From positions 2,250,001 to 2,282,000 of the forward strand of contig CP178758.1 in assembly GCA_047651235.1 (NCBI GenBank): DNA of 32,000 bases. The letters are read 5' to 3'. The first letter of the stretch is position 1, and each line of letters opens with the position of its first letter. A model generated the notes under the pieces. The model was not told the DNA's origin, searched no databases, and worked only from the letters and a program-made list of their open reading frames with translations. Made by a program: the position numbers and the translations under genes. Source of the DNA: Candidatus Electrothrix yaqonensis (GTDB lineage Bacteria > Desulfobacterota > Desulfobulbia > Desulfobulbales > Desulfobulbaceae). Of this stretch, positions 23,364 to 32,000 are shown one piece after another.

Positions 23364-25029
23364 TGATATACCCGGCATATTTAATCTGCAGTTCGATTTC
23401 ATCGGTACAGCGCAGTTCCTCCCCGGAAAAGGAACTTTCAGGAACAGTTTCCTCTGCCAACATAAGCAGGTCTTTCAGGCGCAATTCCGGCCTGCGCAGC
23501 AGCTCAGTCAGGGTCATGGCCTGGCTTAGTGGGGTGCTGTTGAGTTTGCTGAGCCGCTCGTTTACCGGGGGAAGAGGTTTCAGGCGAACAGCGTCCAGCC
23601 GGGTACACCCCTGCTTGATGGCGTTTCTCTTGGCAAGAAACTGCTGATAGGTTGCCTCGTCCACCAAGCCTAAACGGAAGCCGATCTCCCGTAGGCGCAG
23701 GTCCGCATTGTCTTCCCGCAGCAGCAGGCGGTATTCGGCCCTGGAGGTAAACAGGCGATAGGGTTCCTTGGTGCCCAAGGTCACCAGGTCATCGATAAGC
23801 ACCCCGATATAGGCCTGCGAACGATCCAGGATCAGCGGTTCCTGACCGCGCACCAGATGCACGGCATTGACAGCTGCCATCAGGCCCTGGGCTGCCGCCT
23901 CCTCATACCCGGAAGTGCCGTTGATCTGACCGGCATGGAACAGGCCGCTGATCCGTTTGGTTTCCAGCGAGGGTTTCAGCTCCAGCGGATCGATATAATC
24001 GTATTCAATAGCATAGCCCGGCCGGATAATGCGGGCGTTTTCCAGCCCGACAATGGAATGCACCAGCGCCACCTGGGTCTGCAGGGGCAGGCTGGTGGGA
24101 ATACCGTTGGGATAGACTTCCACGGTCTCCAGCCCTTCCGGCTCCAGAAAAATCTGATGCCGTCCCTTTTCCGGGAACCGCATGACCTTGTCCTCAATGG
24201 ACGGGCAGTAGCGGGCCCCGATACCTTTGATAATCCCGGAATACATCGGGGACTGCTCAATGCCGCCCCGGATAACTTCGTGGGTCTGCTCGTTGGTGTA
24301 GGTGATATAACAGGGGAGCTGCGGCAGGGCTGGCCTGCTGCCTTCATTGGCAAAGGAAAACAGGGCAGGCGGGTCATCGCTGTACTGCGGTTCGAGCCGG
24401 GAATAATCAATGGTTTTGCTGTCCAGCCGGGGAACCGTGCCGGTTTTCATGCGCCCGACTTTGAAACCGATCCGTCGATACCACTCGGCCAGCGCGGTGG
24501 ACGGCGCATCGCCCATTCGCCCGGCGGGAAAATTTTTCAGGCCGATATGAATAAGGCCATTGAGAAAGGTGCCGGTGGCCACCACCACGGCCCGGACCGG
24601 AACAACCTCGTCCAGCGAGGTGAGGATACCCACAACCCGGTCATCTTCGGTCAGGATTTCATCCACCACGGTCTGGCGGATCTCCAGGTTTTCCTGCTGC
24701 TCCAGCACCGTCTTCATGCGCTGCTGATAGATCCGCCGGTCGGCCTGGGCCCGGGAAGAACGGACAGCCGGGCCCTTGCTGGTATTCAGTCGGCGGAACT
24801 GGATGCCGGTGGCATCGATGTTTTTCGCCATCTCACCGCCCAGAGCATCGATTTCTTTGACCAGATGCCCTTTGGCCAGACCGCCCACTGCCGGATTGCA
24901 GGACATGGCGCCGATGGTGTCGGCATTGATAACACAGACCAAGGTGCGGCACCCCATCCGGGCGGCGGCCAGGGCTGCTTCGCAGCCAGCGTGCCCGGCG
25001 CCGATCACGGCGATGTCAAAATCTGTCAT
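23143..25029 (-). CDS. mnmG: tRNA uridine 5-carboxymethylaminomethyl modification enzyme MnmG (GidA)
   Basis: MTDFDIAVIGAGHAGCEAALAAARMGC (FAD motif), SCNPAVGG and GQINGTSGYEEAAAQG, ~628 aa. Start moved to ATG 25029. The track ORF's upstream extension has no homology. Confidence 0.95.
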   Translation of the reverse strand: MTDFDIAVIGAGHAGCEAALAAARMGCRTLVCVINADTIGAMSCNPAVGGLAKGHLVKEIDALGGEMAKNIDATGIQFRRLNTSKGPAVRSSRAQADRRIYQQRMKTVLEQQENLEIRQTVVDEILTEDDRVVGILTSLDEVVPVRAVVVATGTFLNGLIHIGLKNFPAGRMGDAPSTALAEWYRRIGFKVGRMKTGTVPRLDSKTIDYSRLEPQYSDDPPALFSFANEGSRPALPQLPCYITYTNEQTHEVIRGGIEQSPMYSGIIKGIGARYCPSIEDKVMRFPEKGRHQIFLEPEGLETVEVYPNGIPTSLPLQTQVALVHSIVGLENARIIRPGYAIEYDYIDPLELKPSLETKRISGLFHAGQINGTSGYEEAAAQGLMAAVNAVHLVRGQEPLILDRSQAYIGVLIDDLVTLGTKEPYRLFTSRAEYRLLLREDNADLRLREIGFRLGLVDEATYQQFLAKRNAIKQGCTRLDAVRLKPLPPVNERLSKLNSTPLSQAMTLTELLRRPELRLKDLLMLAEETVPESSFSGEELRCTDEIELQIKYAGYIRRQQEQVERFRKLEQTRLPEDMQYTGLPGLSNEVVEKLNRVRPLSLGQASRISGVTPAAVSVLQVHLKKMGKI

Positions 25030-25180
25030 GGTTTTTTCTGCAGATATTATGTATAAGCGAAAGTATACTTCCGTATCGGAGAATTCGGGTTCCCGCTGTT
25101 CAGCAGGCTGTTGGCAGCATACCAGTTTCCCTGTCAACCTGAAAAAAAATTCTGTCGGCCAGACATCTTTATCCGGTTTT

Positions 25181-26638
25181 ATGCACTTTCTCTCCATTGT
25201 CCATATCTTCGGCCTATTGCTGATGGCAACCGGCAGCGCCATGCTCCTGCCGCTGTTCTGTTCCCTCTATTACGGTGAAGCAGATTTTACTGCCATTCTG
25301 GTTTCTACCCTGGTGATCATCGGCGTGGGCCTGCCCTGCTGGCTCAGCACAAAGAAACAGAATGAGCTGAATATTCGTGATGGTATCATAATCGCCGTGG
25401 CAGGCTGGATTGTTGTCTCTGCCGTGTCCGGTCTGCCGTTCATGCTCCACGGCGCCATCCCTTCCTTTACCGACGCCTTTTTTGAGATGATGTCCGGCTA
25501 TACCACCACCGGCGCAACTATCCTTAATAATATTGAAGCAGTGCCGCACGGCCTGCTCCTCTGGCGGAGCGAAACCCATCTGCTGGGCGGCATGGGCTTT
25601 CTCACCCTGATTGTTCTTTTTCTGCCCAAGGGCATGGGAGGAGTGCGCCTGTTCCGGGCCGAGTCCAGTCCGGGCCAGTCCTTTACCGGGGAGAAGTTCA
25701 GCGCCAGGACCAAGGATACAATGATTCGGCTGTGGACAGTCTACCTAGGCCTTAATGTCCTGCAGATTGTCCTGCTGGCCGGGGGCGGCATGGACCTCTT
25801 TGATGCTGTCTGCACGGCCTTCGGCACCCTGTCCACTTCCGGGTACTCACCGAAAAACGCAAGCATCGGCTTTTATAATAATGCCTATTTTGACTGGGTG
25901 ATCATCGTGTTCATGTTTCTCGGCGGCACCAGCTTTGTGCTGCTCTACCACATGATGTACGGCGGTATCCGGGAAATTATCGTCAATACCGAATTTAAAT
26001 GGTACTCCATTCTGATCGTCTTTTTCTGCCTTGCCGTCTCCCTGATCCTCTGGCGGCACGGCACCTATGCAGGCATTGGGGATGCTGTCCGCTACGGCAC
26101 CTTTCAGGTCATGTCCCTGCTCACCACCACCGGCTTCGGCACGGCAGATTATGAGCAATGGCCCCAGGCCGCCCAGATGTTCCTCTATGTTTCCTGTCTG
26201 ATCGGCGGCTGTGCAGGCTCAACAGCCAGCGGCATCAAGATCGTCCATTATGTCATTGTCTGCAAGTTTATCTGGGGCAACGTGCGCAAGTCGTTTTTCC
26301 AGCCCATGTCGGTTATCTCCATCCGGCTGAATAACAGACAGGTCGATAATTCCATCATAAATATGGCGATCTGCTATTTTATCGTCAATGTTTTTATTAT
26401 CTTTATCGGCGGCTGCATTATGGTGCTACTGGACGACATGGACTATGTCACGGCCATGAGCTCCGTCATTTCCGCCCTGATGACCATCGGGCCGGGCTTC
26501 GGCGAAATCGGGCCGTCAGAAAATTTTTTCCATATCTCGGCTGCAGGCAAGTGGTTCCTGGCCTGGAACATGATGGTGGGCCGGCTGGAGCTGTTTTCCG
26601 CTCTGGTGATCTTTTATCCTTCTTTCTGGAAAAGATAA
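25181..26638 (+). CDS. trkH: TrkH/KtrB-family potassium uptake membrane subunit
   Basis: MHFLSIVHIFGLLLMATGSAML, FEMMSGYTTTGAT, GGMGFL, SLLTTTGFG, GGCAGSTASGIK, and MMVGRLELFSALVIFYPSFWK are collinear with E. coli TrkH (~485 aa). Start moved to ATG 25181. The first 135 codons of the track ORF are the antisense shadow of mnmG. Confidence 0.9.
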   Translation: MHFLSIVHIFGLLLMATGSAMLLPLFCSLYYGEADFTAILVSTLVIIGVGLPCWLSTKKQNELNIRDGIIIAVAGWIVVSAVSGLPFMLHGAIPSFTDAFFEMMSGYTTTGATILNNIEAVPHGLLLWRSETHLLGGMGFLTLIVLFLPKGMGGVRLFRAESSPGQSFTGEKFSARTKDTMIRLWTVYLGLNVLQIVLLAGGGMDLFDAVCTAFGTLSTSGYSPKNASIGFYNNAYFDWVIIVFMFLGGTSFVLLYHMMYGGIREIIVNTEFKWYSILIVFFCLAVSLILWRHGTYAGIGDAVRYGTFQVMSLLTTTGFGTADYEQWPQAAQMFLYVSCLIGGCAGSTASGIKIVHYVIVCKFIWGNVRKSFFQPMSVISIRLNNRQVDNSIINMAICYFIVNVFIIFIGGCIMVLLDDMDYVTAMSSVISALMTIGPGFGEIGPSENFFHISAAGKWFLAWNMMVGRLELFSALVIFYPSFWKR

Positions 26639-26747
26639 ACGATTTTTTGTGGAGGAAGGGAGGGGCAGTAACTTTTTTCCTGTGTAGGAATCAACACTAA
26701 CAAGGCTCACAATATATGATATTTTTCTTTACTTTTTCTCTTTAATT

Positions 26748-26764
26748 TGTATAAAATTTATACA
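26748..26764. promoter_or_regulatory. Perfect 8-1-8 palindrome TGTATAAA-A-TTTATACA, operator-like, ~85 nt upstream of the DUF975-like gene
   Basis: Read directly. It overlaps -10-like TATAAA. The AT-rich context lowers its significance. Confidence 0.3.
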
Positions 26765-26846
26765 TCAGCAGTTGATATTACCAATCAAAGCAAAGAGAGT
26801 CCATATGCAGCAACATACTGATATCAGACAAAAAGAGGAGGAGAAG

Positions 26847-27431
26847 ATGGAAGATATATCAAAAACAACGAATAAAGAATTAATGACAATGGCAAGAGAA
26901 TCTTTAACAGGAGCATGGGGATTAGCCATTGGCGCCTCTATCATTTGTTATATTATATTAAATGTTCCTGGCAGGATAGACGGTTATCTGGGTCTTGTGA
27001 CGTGTATAATAGCAGGGCCCATGTCATTAGGAATGACCATTTTTTTTCTATCAATATCGAGAGAACAGAATCCTGAAATATCACAGCTGTTCGACGGATT
27101 TAAAAATTTTGGTACTTCAATCGCTGCATATTATCTAATGATTTTATTTCTTTGTTTATGGTATTTCCTTCTTATAATACCAGGAATTATAGCCTCATTA
27201 TCATACTCAATGACATGGTACATAATAGCTGACGATGATTCGATAGGTCCATTAGAAGCTATCAGGAAAAGCAAAGAAATTATGAAGGGAAATAAAATAA
27301 AATTATTTTGTTTGCAATGCAGATTTATAGGATGGCTTATACTATGCTTATTTACCCTCGGTATTGGTTTTTTATGGATATGGCCTTATGCAAATGTAAG
27401 TATTGCGAAGTTCTACGATGATATCAAATGA
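26847..27431 (+). CDS. AT-rich integral membrane protein, DUF975-like
   Basis: N-terminal NKELMTMARESLTGAWGLAIGASIICYII followed by several TM segments resembles DUF975/YciC-type proteins as I recall them. GAGGAGGAG SD lies before ATG 26847. Confidence 0.55.
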   Translation: MEDISKTTNKELMTMARESLTGAWGLAIGASIICYIILNVPGRIDGYLGLVTCIIAGPMSLGMTIFFLSISREQNPEISQLFDGFKNFGTSIAAYYLMILFLCLWYFLLIIPGIIASLSYSMTWYIIADDDSIGPLEAIRKSKEIMKGNKIKLFCLQCRFIGWLILCLFTLGIGFLWIWPYANVSIAKFYDDIK

Positions 27432-27455
27432 ACAGATGACGGTTTTAAAGAAAAT

Positions 27456-28314
27456 ATGAAAATTCAATTCGACGAGTTTTTGCCGAAGTGGAATTATGCC
27501 GCTGTTCCGTCAGGACGGCTTTGAATCCCGTAGTTATTTAATTCCCGTTCCATAATGTCGATTCCTACGGCTATAATACTGATATCGTTCATCAGGGTAT
27601 TCCCTATGAAACCGAGAGCTGGGGATGGCTGCTGGATGAACGCTGGCATGGCAAAGTGGCTCTTGTCAATGCGCCGACGATCGGGATATTTGATCTGGCC
27701 CTTGCCGTCCAGGCAAGGGGAGAAATGGAATTCCGGGATATGGGCAATATGACCCGCAAAGAGGTTGACCGGCTGTTTGAGATCGTTATAGCAAAGAAAC
27801 GGCAGGGGCATTTCCGGGGGGTCTGGACTTCAGTGCCGCATTCTGTTGAACTGATGGCTTCCGGTGAGGTTGTTCTGGAAAGTATGTTTTCTCCGGGAGT
27901 CAGTGCGCTGAACGGCATGGGAGTATTTATGCCGCACCGAAAGAGGGCTACAGGGCATGGCACGGGGTCATGTGTCTCTCCCGGTCCTGCACCGGGGAAC
28001 GTCTGGAGGCAGCCTATGCATTCATGAACTGGTGGCTTTCCGGCTGGCCCGGAGCATTCATAGCCCGGCAGGGGTACTATATTTCCAATCCGCAGCGGGC
28101 AAAAGCATTTATGTCGCAGGCTGAATGGGATTACTGGTATGCCGGGAAACCGGCTGCCGAACCGCTGCAGGGAACAGACGGTAAAATATCGGTGCACCCG
28201 GGAACTGTCCGGACCGGTGGTTCCTATATTCAGCGGTTTGAACATATTGCGGTCTGGAATACGGTTATGGATACCTATGAATATACGTTACCCAAAGTTA
28301 CCCAAATGGAGTGA
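27456..28314 (+). pseudogene. Decayed ABC-transporter periplasmic solute-binding protein (PotD/PotF-like family 1), 5'-truncated with at least 3 frameshifts
   Basis: SBP-like sequence must be stitched across frames. Frame 0 gives FDEFLPKWNYAAVPS. Frame 1 gives QDGFESRSYLIPVP. Frame 2 gives FPFHNVDSYGYNTDIVHQGIPYETESWGWLLDERWHGKVALVNAP...MFSPGVSALNGMG. Frame 1 gives IYAAPKEGYRAWHGVMCLS...EAAYAFMNWWLSGWPGAFIARQGYYISNP. There is no signal peptide or N-terminal lobe. Confidence 0.6.
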
Positions 28315-28365
28315 ATTCGTTCTGGCATGATGGATAGATGGGTAAGTAAGGCAAGGGAAAGAGCG

Positions 28366-30263
28366 ATGATCCGGCTGCTGCTGAAGAAGGTTCCGTTAAA
28401 AAAAGAATATATTCCGGATATATTGCGACCGGACTCATTGCCCTTGTCATTGCGCTTCTTTCCTACGGCTCCCTGACCGCGCTGGCAGGCGATTTTCGTT
28501 CTGTTCTGCTGTTCAGCCGCCATGTCCGGGAGATCATGACCTTTGTCTCCCGGATGTCGGAGATGCAGCGCCAGGCCCTGATTTATATCTGTTCCGGCCA
28601 TGATGCCGCAGGTGATCGGGTCGGTGAAATATATTCTGGAATGATGGAGGGAGTCGGGCAGGTTCAGGGAGTCGGGCAGCTTGATGTGGATTCGTCTCTC
28701 GGTGTGACGAAAAAATATCTGCGTAGCTACTATGATACCTTTCAGGAGGTACGGAAGCAGCGGGAGATTCAGCGGCGGCTGGTCCGCAAGGAATTCCGCA
28801 TGTATGCCACGGAAGCCCAGGAGCGTATAGAGGAACGGATTGCAGCACTGCAGGAAAAAAACACAGACAGGACGCTGCAGTATTACCGGATGCTGCATTC
28901 CCTTCTGCAGATTGAAAAAAACGCCTACCGCTATTTTGATTCATTGGACAGCAGTGTTATCCAGGCGGCTATACAGCATATCAGAGCAACCGGACAGGTT
29001 ATTCATACCTTGGAGATGCAGCCCGGAACCGACCGGGAAAAGCTGCTTGCTCTTGCAGCGGTGCTGGACCGGTATGAGAGCAGTTTTCGTGAAGCTGTCC
29101 AGCGGACACGCGGCTACCTCTATCTGGTGAATGTGGTGATGGCAGCGCAGGCTTATGAGACAGTTTATCAGGCAAAACGTCTTTCGGCCATGATATCGGA
29201 GAAGTCCGGACAGATTTAGGAGCAGATGCTGGACGATATTTCATCGACCCTGTATTTTCTTCTGTTTTCCACCGGGGGACTGCTCTGTGTACTCTGCGTT
29301 TTTTCTTCTCTGGTCAGTCGAAGTATCGCGTTCCCGCTGAATCAGCTGACCGGTACGTTCAGAGTACTTGCTGCAGGCTCATCAGATGCTTCAATCCCGG
29401 AATACAGGCTCAGGGATGAACTGGGCGAACTGACAGCAGCGGCGGAGAGTTTTAAACAGAGGAATATTGCCTTGGAGGAGAGCAGAAAAGAACTCAGGCG
29501 GTCCAATAAGGAGCTGGAGCAGTTTGTCTATACGGTGTCCCATGATCTTAAATCACCCATTGTGACCAGCATGGGGTTTATCAGTATTATCCGTAAACTC
29601 GCCGGCAGAGGAAAGTATGAAAAAGCTGTGGCCAGGCTGGACAGGGTGGTCAGCGCCAATGAACGGATGAGCCAGCTGATCAAAGATCTGCTGGAGCTGA
29701 GCCGGGTCGGCAGAATGGAGACAGGAAAGCAGCCGCTTGATCTGAATGAACTGCTCAGTACCTTTGCGGAGAATCAAAGTATTCAGTTGGAAAATGCAGA
29801 CTTCACATTCGTGACCGCATCGAATCTGCCTGTTGTGTATGCCAATGAAAGTCGAATCCTGCAGGTTTTTGAAAATATCCTTTCCAATGCCCTGAAATAT
29901 GCCTGTAATGAAAATGAAAGTGAAAATGAAAATGGGGGGAAGCTGGAAATTACTGCAGACGAGGACGAGGATTGGCTGTATATTTACTGTCGGGACAATG
30001 GGCCGGGTATTCCGCCGGAGTATCATGAGAAAATTTTCGGGCTTTTCTACCGCCTTCACAGCGGGGGGGACGGAACCGGGATAGGTATGGCTGTGGCCAG
30101 AAAAATCATGAAATTCCACGACGGTGATATCCGTCTGGAACCGCAGTCCGGAGTTGCCGGGGAAGGGGCGATTTTTCGTCTTATGTTTCCGAAAGATGCG
30201 CTGAGCCGCCATCAATCGGAAGATATTGATCTGAAGCAGAGTGAAGCAGAGGAAAATGCATGA
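28366..30263 (+). pseudogene. Sensor histidine kinase (TM, ~270-aa helical extracytoplasmic domain, TM, HAMP, HisKA, HATPase_c) interrupted by a -1 frame break at an A7 run and an in-frame TAG
   Basis: ATG 28366 (MIRLLLKKVPLKK) is in frame 1. TM1 (RIYSGYIATGLIALVIALLSYGSL) is in frame 0 with no start codon. The switch lies at A7 (28398-28404). Track ORFs 28536..29219 and 29226..30263 are in the same frame, separated only by TAG 29217-29219 (SGQI*EQMLDD). The distal part has TM2, HAMP, FVYTVSHDLKSPI and DNGPGIP/GTGIGMAVARKI. Confidence 0.6.
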
Positions 30264-30721
30264 TAAGCAGGCCGGAAACAGCACAGCTTCTGCTGGTTGA
30301 GGACAGCGATGATCATGCCGAGCTGGCTGAGATTCATATTAATGACTACAGTGACAGGATCCGGGTTGACCGGCTGCGTGACGGTGCCGAAGCCATGATC
30401 TATCTGGAACAGGTGGAAGCCTCTCCAGAACCGGCTCTGCCCTGGCTGGTCCTGCTGGACCTGAAACTGCCCAAATATGACGGGCACGAGATCCTTGCAC
30501 GGATCAAAAACAGCAGGCGGCTGGCCCGGATTCCGGTGGTCATCTTTTCCACCTCCAGTTCTGATAAAGATATCAGGCGTGCCTTGGACAATTATGCCAA
30601 CAGCTATATTGTCAAACCTATGGAGGCAGACCGCTACGGTGAGGTGATCAGCGAAATTCTGCACTACTGGGAACTGAATCAGCACCATCTGGTGCAGGGT
30701 ACGGGCCGGTGTGATGCCTGA
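30260..30721 (+). CDS. Single-domain response regulator (CheY/Rcp1-like receiver)
   Basis: [13 protein letters not shown]...[17 protein letters not shown]...[12 protein letters not shown]...[12 protein letters not shown] overlap with the upstream kinase stop. Confidence 0.85.
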   Translation: MISRPETAQLLLVEDSDDHAELAEIHINDYSDRIRVDRLRDGAEAMIYLEQVEASPEPALPWLVLLDLKLPKYDGHEILARIKNSRRLARIPVVIFSTSSSDKDIRRALDNYANSYIVKPMEADRYGEVISEILHYWELNQHHLVQGTGRCDA

Positions 30722-32000
30722 GACAGCTGAGCGACCACTGAATATAGTGCTGCTTGAGGATAACCCGGATCATGCCGAGCTGTTTATGGCTAATCTTGAT
30801 CTGACCGCGTATGCCGGTGCCCGGGTTGTCCGCCATCAGACCCTGAAGAACGGGCTGGTTACCCTTCGGAGGGAGCCGTTTGACCTGCTGTTTATTGATC
30901 TTTCCCTCCGGGACAGCTCAATCCATGAAACCCTTGAACGGCTGCCCCTGCTGGATGCCCGCTGTCCGGTCATTGTCCTGACAGCTCTGGACGATGCGCA
31001 GACTCTGCTCAATGTCATCAGAAAAGGAGCAGATGACTGCCTGCCGAAGTCCGAGCTGACAGATACCCTGCTGGAGCGGCTCATCCAGTTCAACCTGGAC
31101 CGCTGGCAGCTGAAACAGCAGCTTGTCCGAAGCAGGGAGGCGTACCGGGATCTCTATCACCGTTCACCGAACATGCTCGGCTCCGTTGATGCCCGGACGC
31201 GCCGGGTGCTGAACTGCAACCAGACCTTTGCGGACACCCTGGGCTACAGCAAAGAGGAGGTTGTCAACCGGAAGATAACGGAATTTTACCACCCTGACTA
31301 TCTGGAGAAATTCGAGCGGATTTTTGCAGAATTCTTGACAAGCGGTGTTGTGAACAACGCGGAACTCCAGTTCAGACGGCGGGACAGCAGCAGAATTGAC
31401 GTGCTGCTCAATGCCTCGGCTGTCCGGGATGAGCAGGGGCGGATTCTGCAGACCCGATCCACTTGGATCGATATTACGGAAAAAAAAGCAGCTGAAAGGG
31501 AGCTGCAGTATATGCAGCGGCTCAATCGGCTGATCATTGAAACTATCCCGGATCTGCTCTGGCTCAAGGACACGGACGGCGTGTATCTTACCTGCAATCC
31601 CGGTTTTGAACGCTTTTTCGGGGCAAGGGAAACAGACATCGTCGGCAGGACCGACTATGATTTTGTGGAAAAAGAACAGGCAGATTGGTTCAGGGAACGT
31701 GATCAGGAGGCTATTGCTGTCGGCAGAGCTATAGTACATGAGGAATGGATCACCTTGGCTGACGGTTCAAGAATGCTGCTTGAAGCGACCAAGACCCCGC
31801 TGTGTTACGATGACGGTATTGTGGCCGGTGTGTTAGGGCTGGGGCATGATATCACGGAGCGGTACGAGGCTGCGGAAAAGGTCGAAGCAGCCAGCCGGGC
31901 CAAGTCAGCCTTTCTTTCCAATATGAGTCATGAGCTGCGGACTCCGCTGAACGCGATTCTCGGCTATACCCAGATCCTGCTGGGTGACAATTCGCTTACG
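30714..32000 (+). CDS. REC / 2x PAS / HisKA hybrid sensor kinase, 3' end outside the window (not in the ORF track because no stop is reached)
   Basis: My translation from ATG 30714: [28 protein letters not shown]...[14 protein letters not shown]...VIVLTALDD (REC). [29 protein letters not shown] and [31 protein letters not shown] (PAS domains). [23 protein letters not shown] (H-box). Open to nt 32000. It overlaps the upstream stop by 8 nt. Confidence 0.85.
   Translation, partial: MPETAERPLNIVLLEDNPDHAELFMANLDLTAYAGARVVRHQTLKNGLVTLRREPFDLLFIDLSLRDSSIHETLERLPLLDARCPVIVLTALDDAQTLLNVIRKGADDCLPKSELTDTLLERLIQFNLDRWQLKQQLVRSREAYRDLYHRSPNMLGSVDARTRRVLNCNQTFADTLGYSKEEVVNRKITEFYHPDYLEKFERIFAEFLTSGVVNNAELQFRRRDSSRIDVLLNASAVRDEQGRILQTRSTWIDITEKKAAERELQYMQRLNRLIIETIPDLLWLKDTDGVYLTCNPGFERFFGARETDIVGRTDYDFVEKEQADWFRERDQEAIAVGRAIVHEEWITLADGSRMLLEATKTPLCYDDGIVAGVLGLGHDITERYEAAEKVEAASRAKSAFLSNMSHELRTPLNAILGYTQILLGDNSLT

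Noticed and set aside
23857-25056. 399-aa plus-strand ORF
   Set aside because: It is entirely antisense to mnmG and has a Gly/Arg/Pro-rich shadow composition.
24776-25180. 135-codon N-terminal extension of the trkH track ORF
   Set aside because: It overlaps mnmG on the opposite strand and has no TrkH homology. TrkH-like sequence starts at MHFLSIV (ATG 25181).
28398-28404. A AAA AAA as a programmed -1 ribosomal frameshift site (likewise 5714-5718)
   Set aside because: The sequence is slippery, but I see no downstream stimulatory structure and no functional rationale. Indel or sequencing error is more likely.
29217-29219. In-frame TAG read as pyrrolysine
   Set aside because: The window contains no pyl genes or PYLIS-like evidence, and a kinase linker is not a known Pyl context. 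Nonsense mutation is the simpler reading.

Overview
This is a high-GC chromosomal window. Its gene content (multiheme cytochrome, ferredoxin, many PAS kinases) suggests an anaerobic deltaproteobacterium or Desulfobulbales-type organism, but that is inference only. The backbone is housekeeping: edd, rpe, a 2x[4Fe-4S] ferredoxin, rimO, an IHF-beta-like gene, an rluB-like gene, a UbiD-family decarboxylase, a cold-shock protein, an RRM RNA-binding protein, mnmG and trkH. Between these sit an unusually dense set of two-component signalling genes (13.7-19.7 kb and 28.4-32 kb) and four short AT-rich patches (~5.3-6.3, ~21.95-23.14, ~26.64-27.46 and ~19.7-20.0 kb). I saw no rRNA, tRNA, CRISPR array, transposase or integrase. 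The strongest candidate for an undescribed system is 3720-6669. It encodes a membrane-threaded STAND-type NTPase with an N-terminal TM hairpin, a third TM helix and a WD40-like propeller predicted to be periplasmic. The propeller-coding DNA is compositionally foreign and is split by a frame break. Other points worth a second look: (1) an exported UshA-like/tetraheme cytochrome whose signal peptide is separated from its body by one in-frame TGA in a C-G-TGA context, a possible selenoprotein; (2) a ~220-bp remnant of the mnmG 3' end (7331-7551) that is a 90.5%-identical direct repeat of the intact mnmG 3' end 15,812 bp away, with mostly synonymous differences; (3) three tandem kinases, the middle one having a CheB domain but no CheR domain and no ATP-binding domain, and sharing an unassigned C-terminal module with its neighbour; (4) two paralogous small Met-rich secreted proteins directly downstream of those kinases; (5) a decayed solute-binding-protein plus sensor-kinase pair. 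Several frame breaks lie at A-runs, so sequencing error must be excluded before any biological reading.
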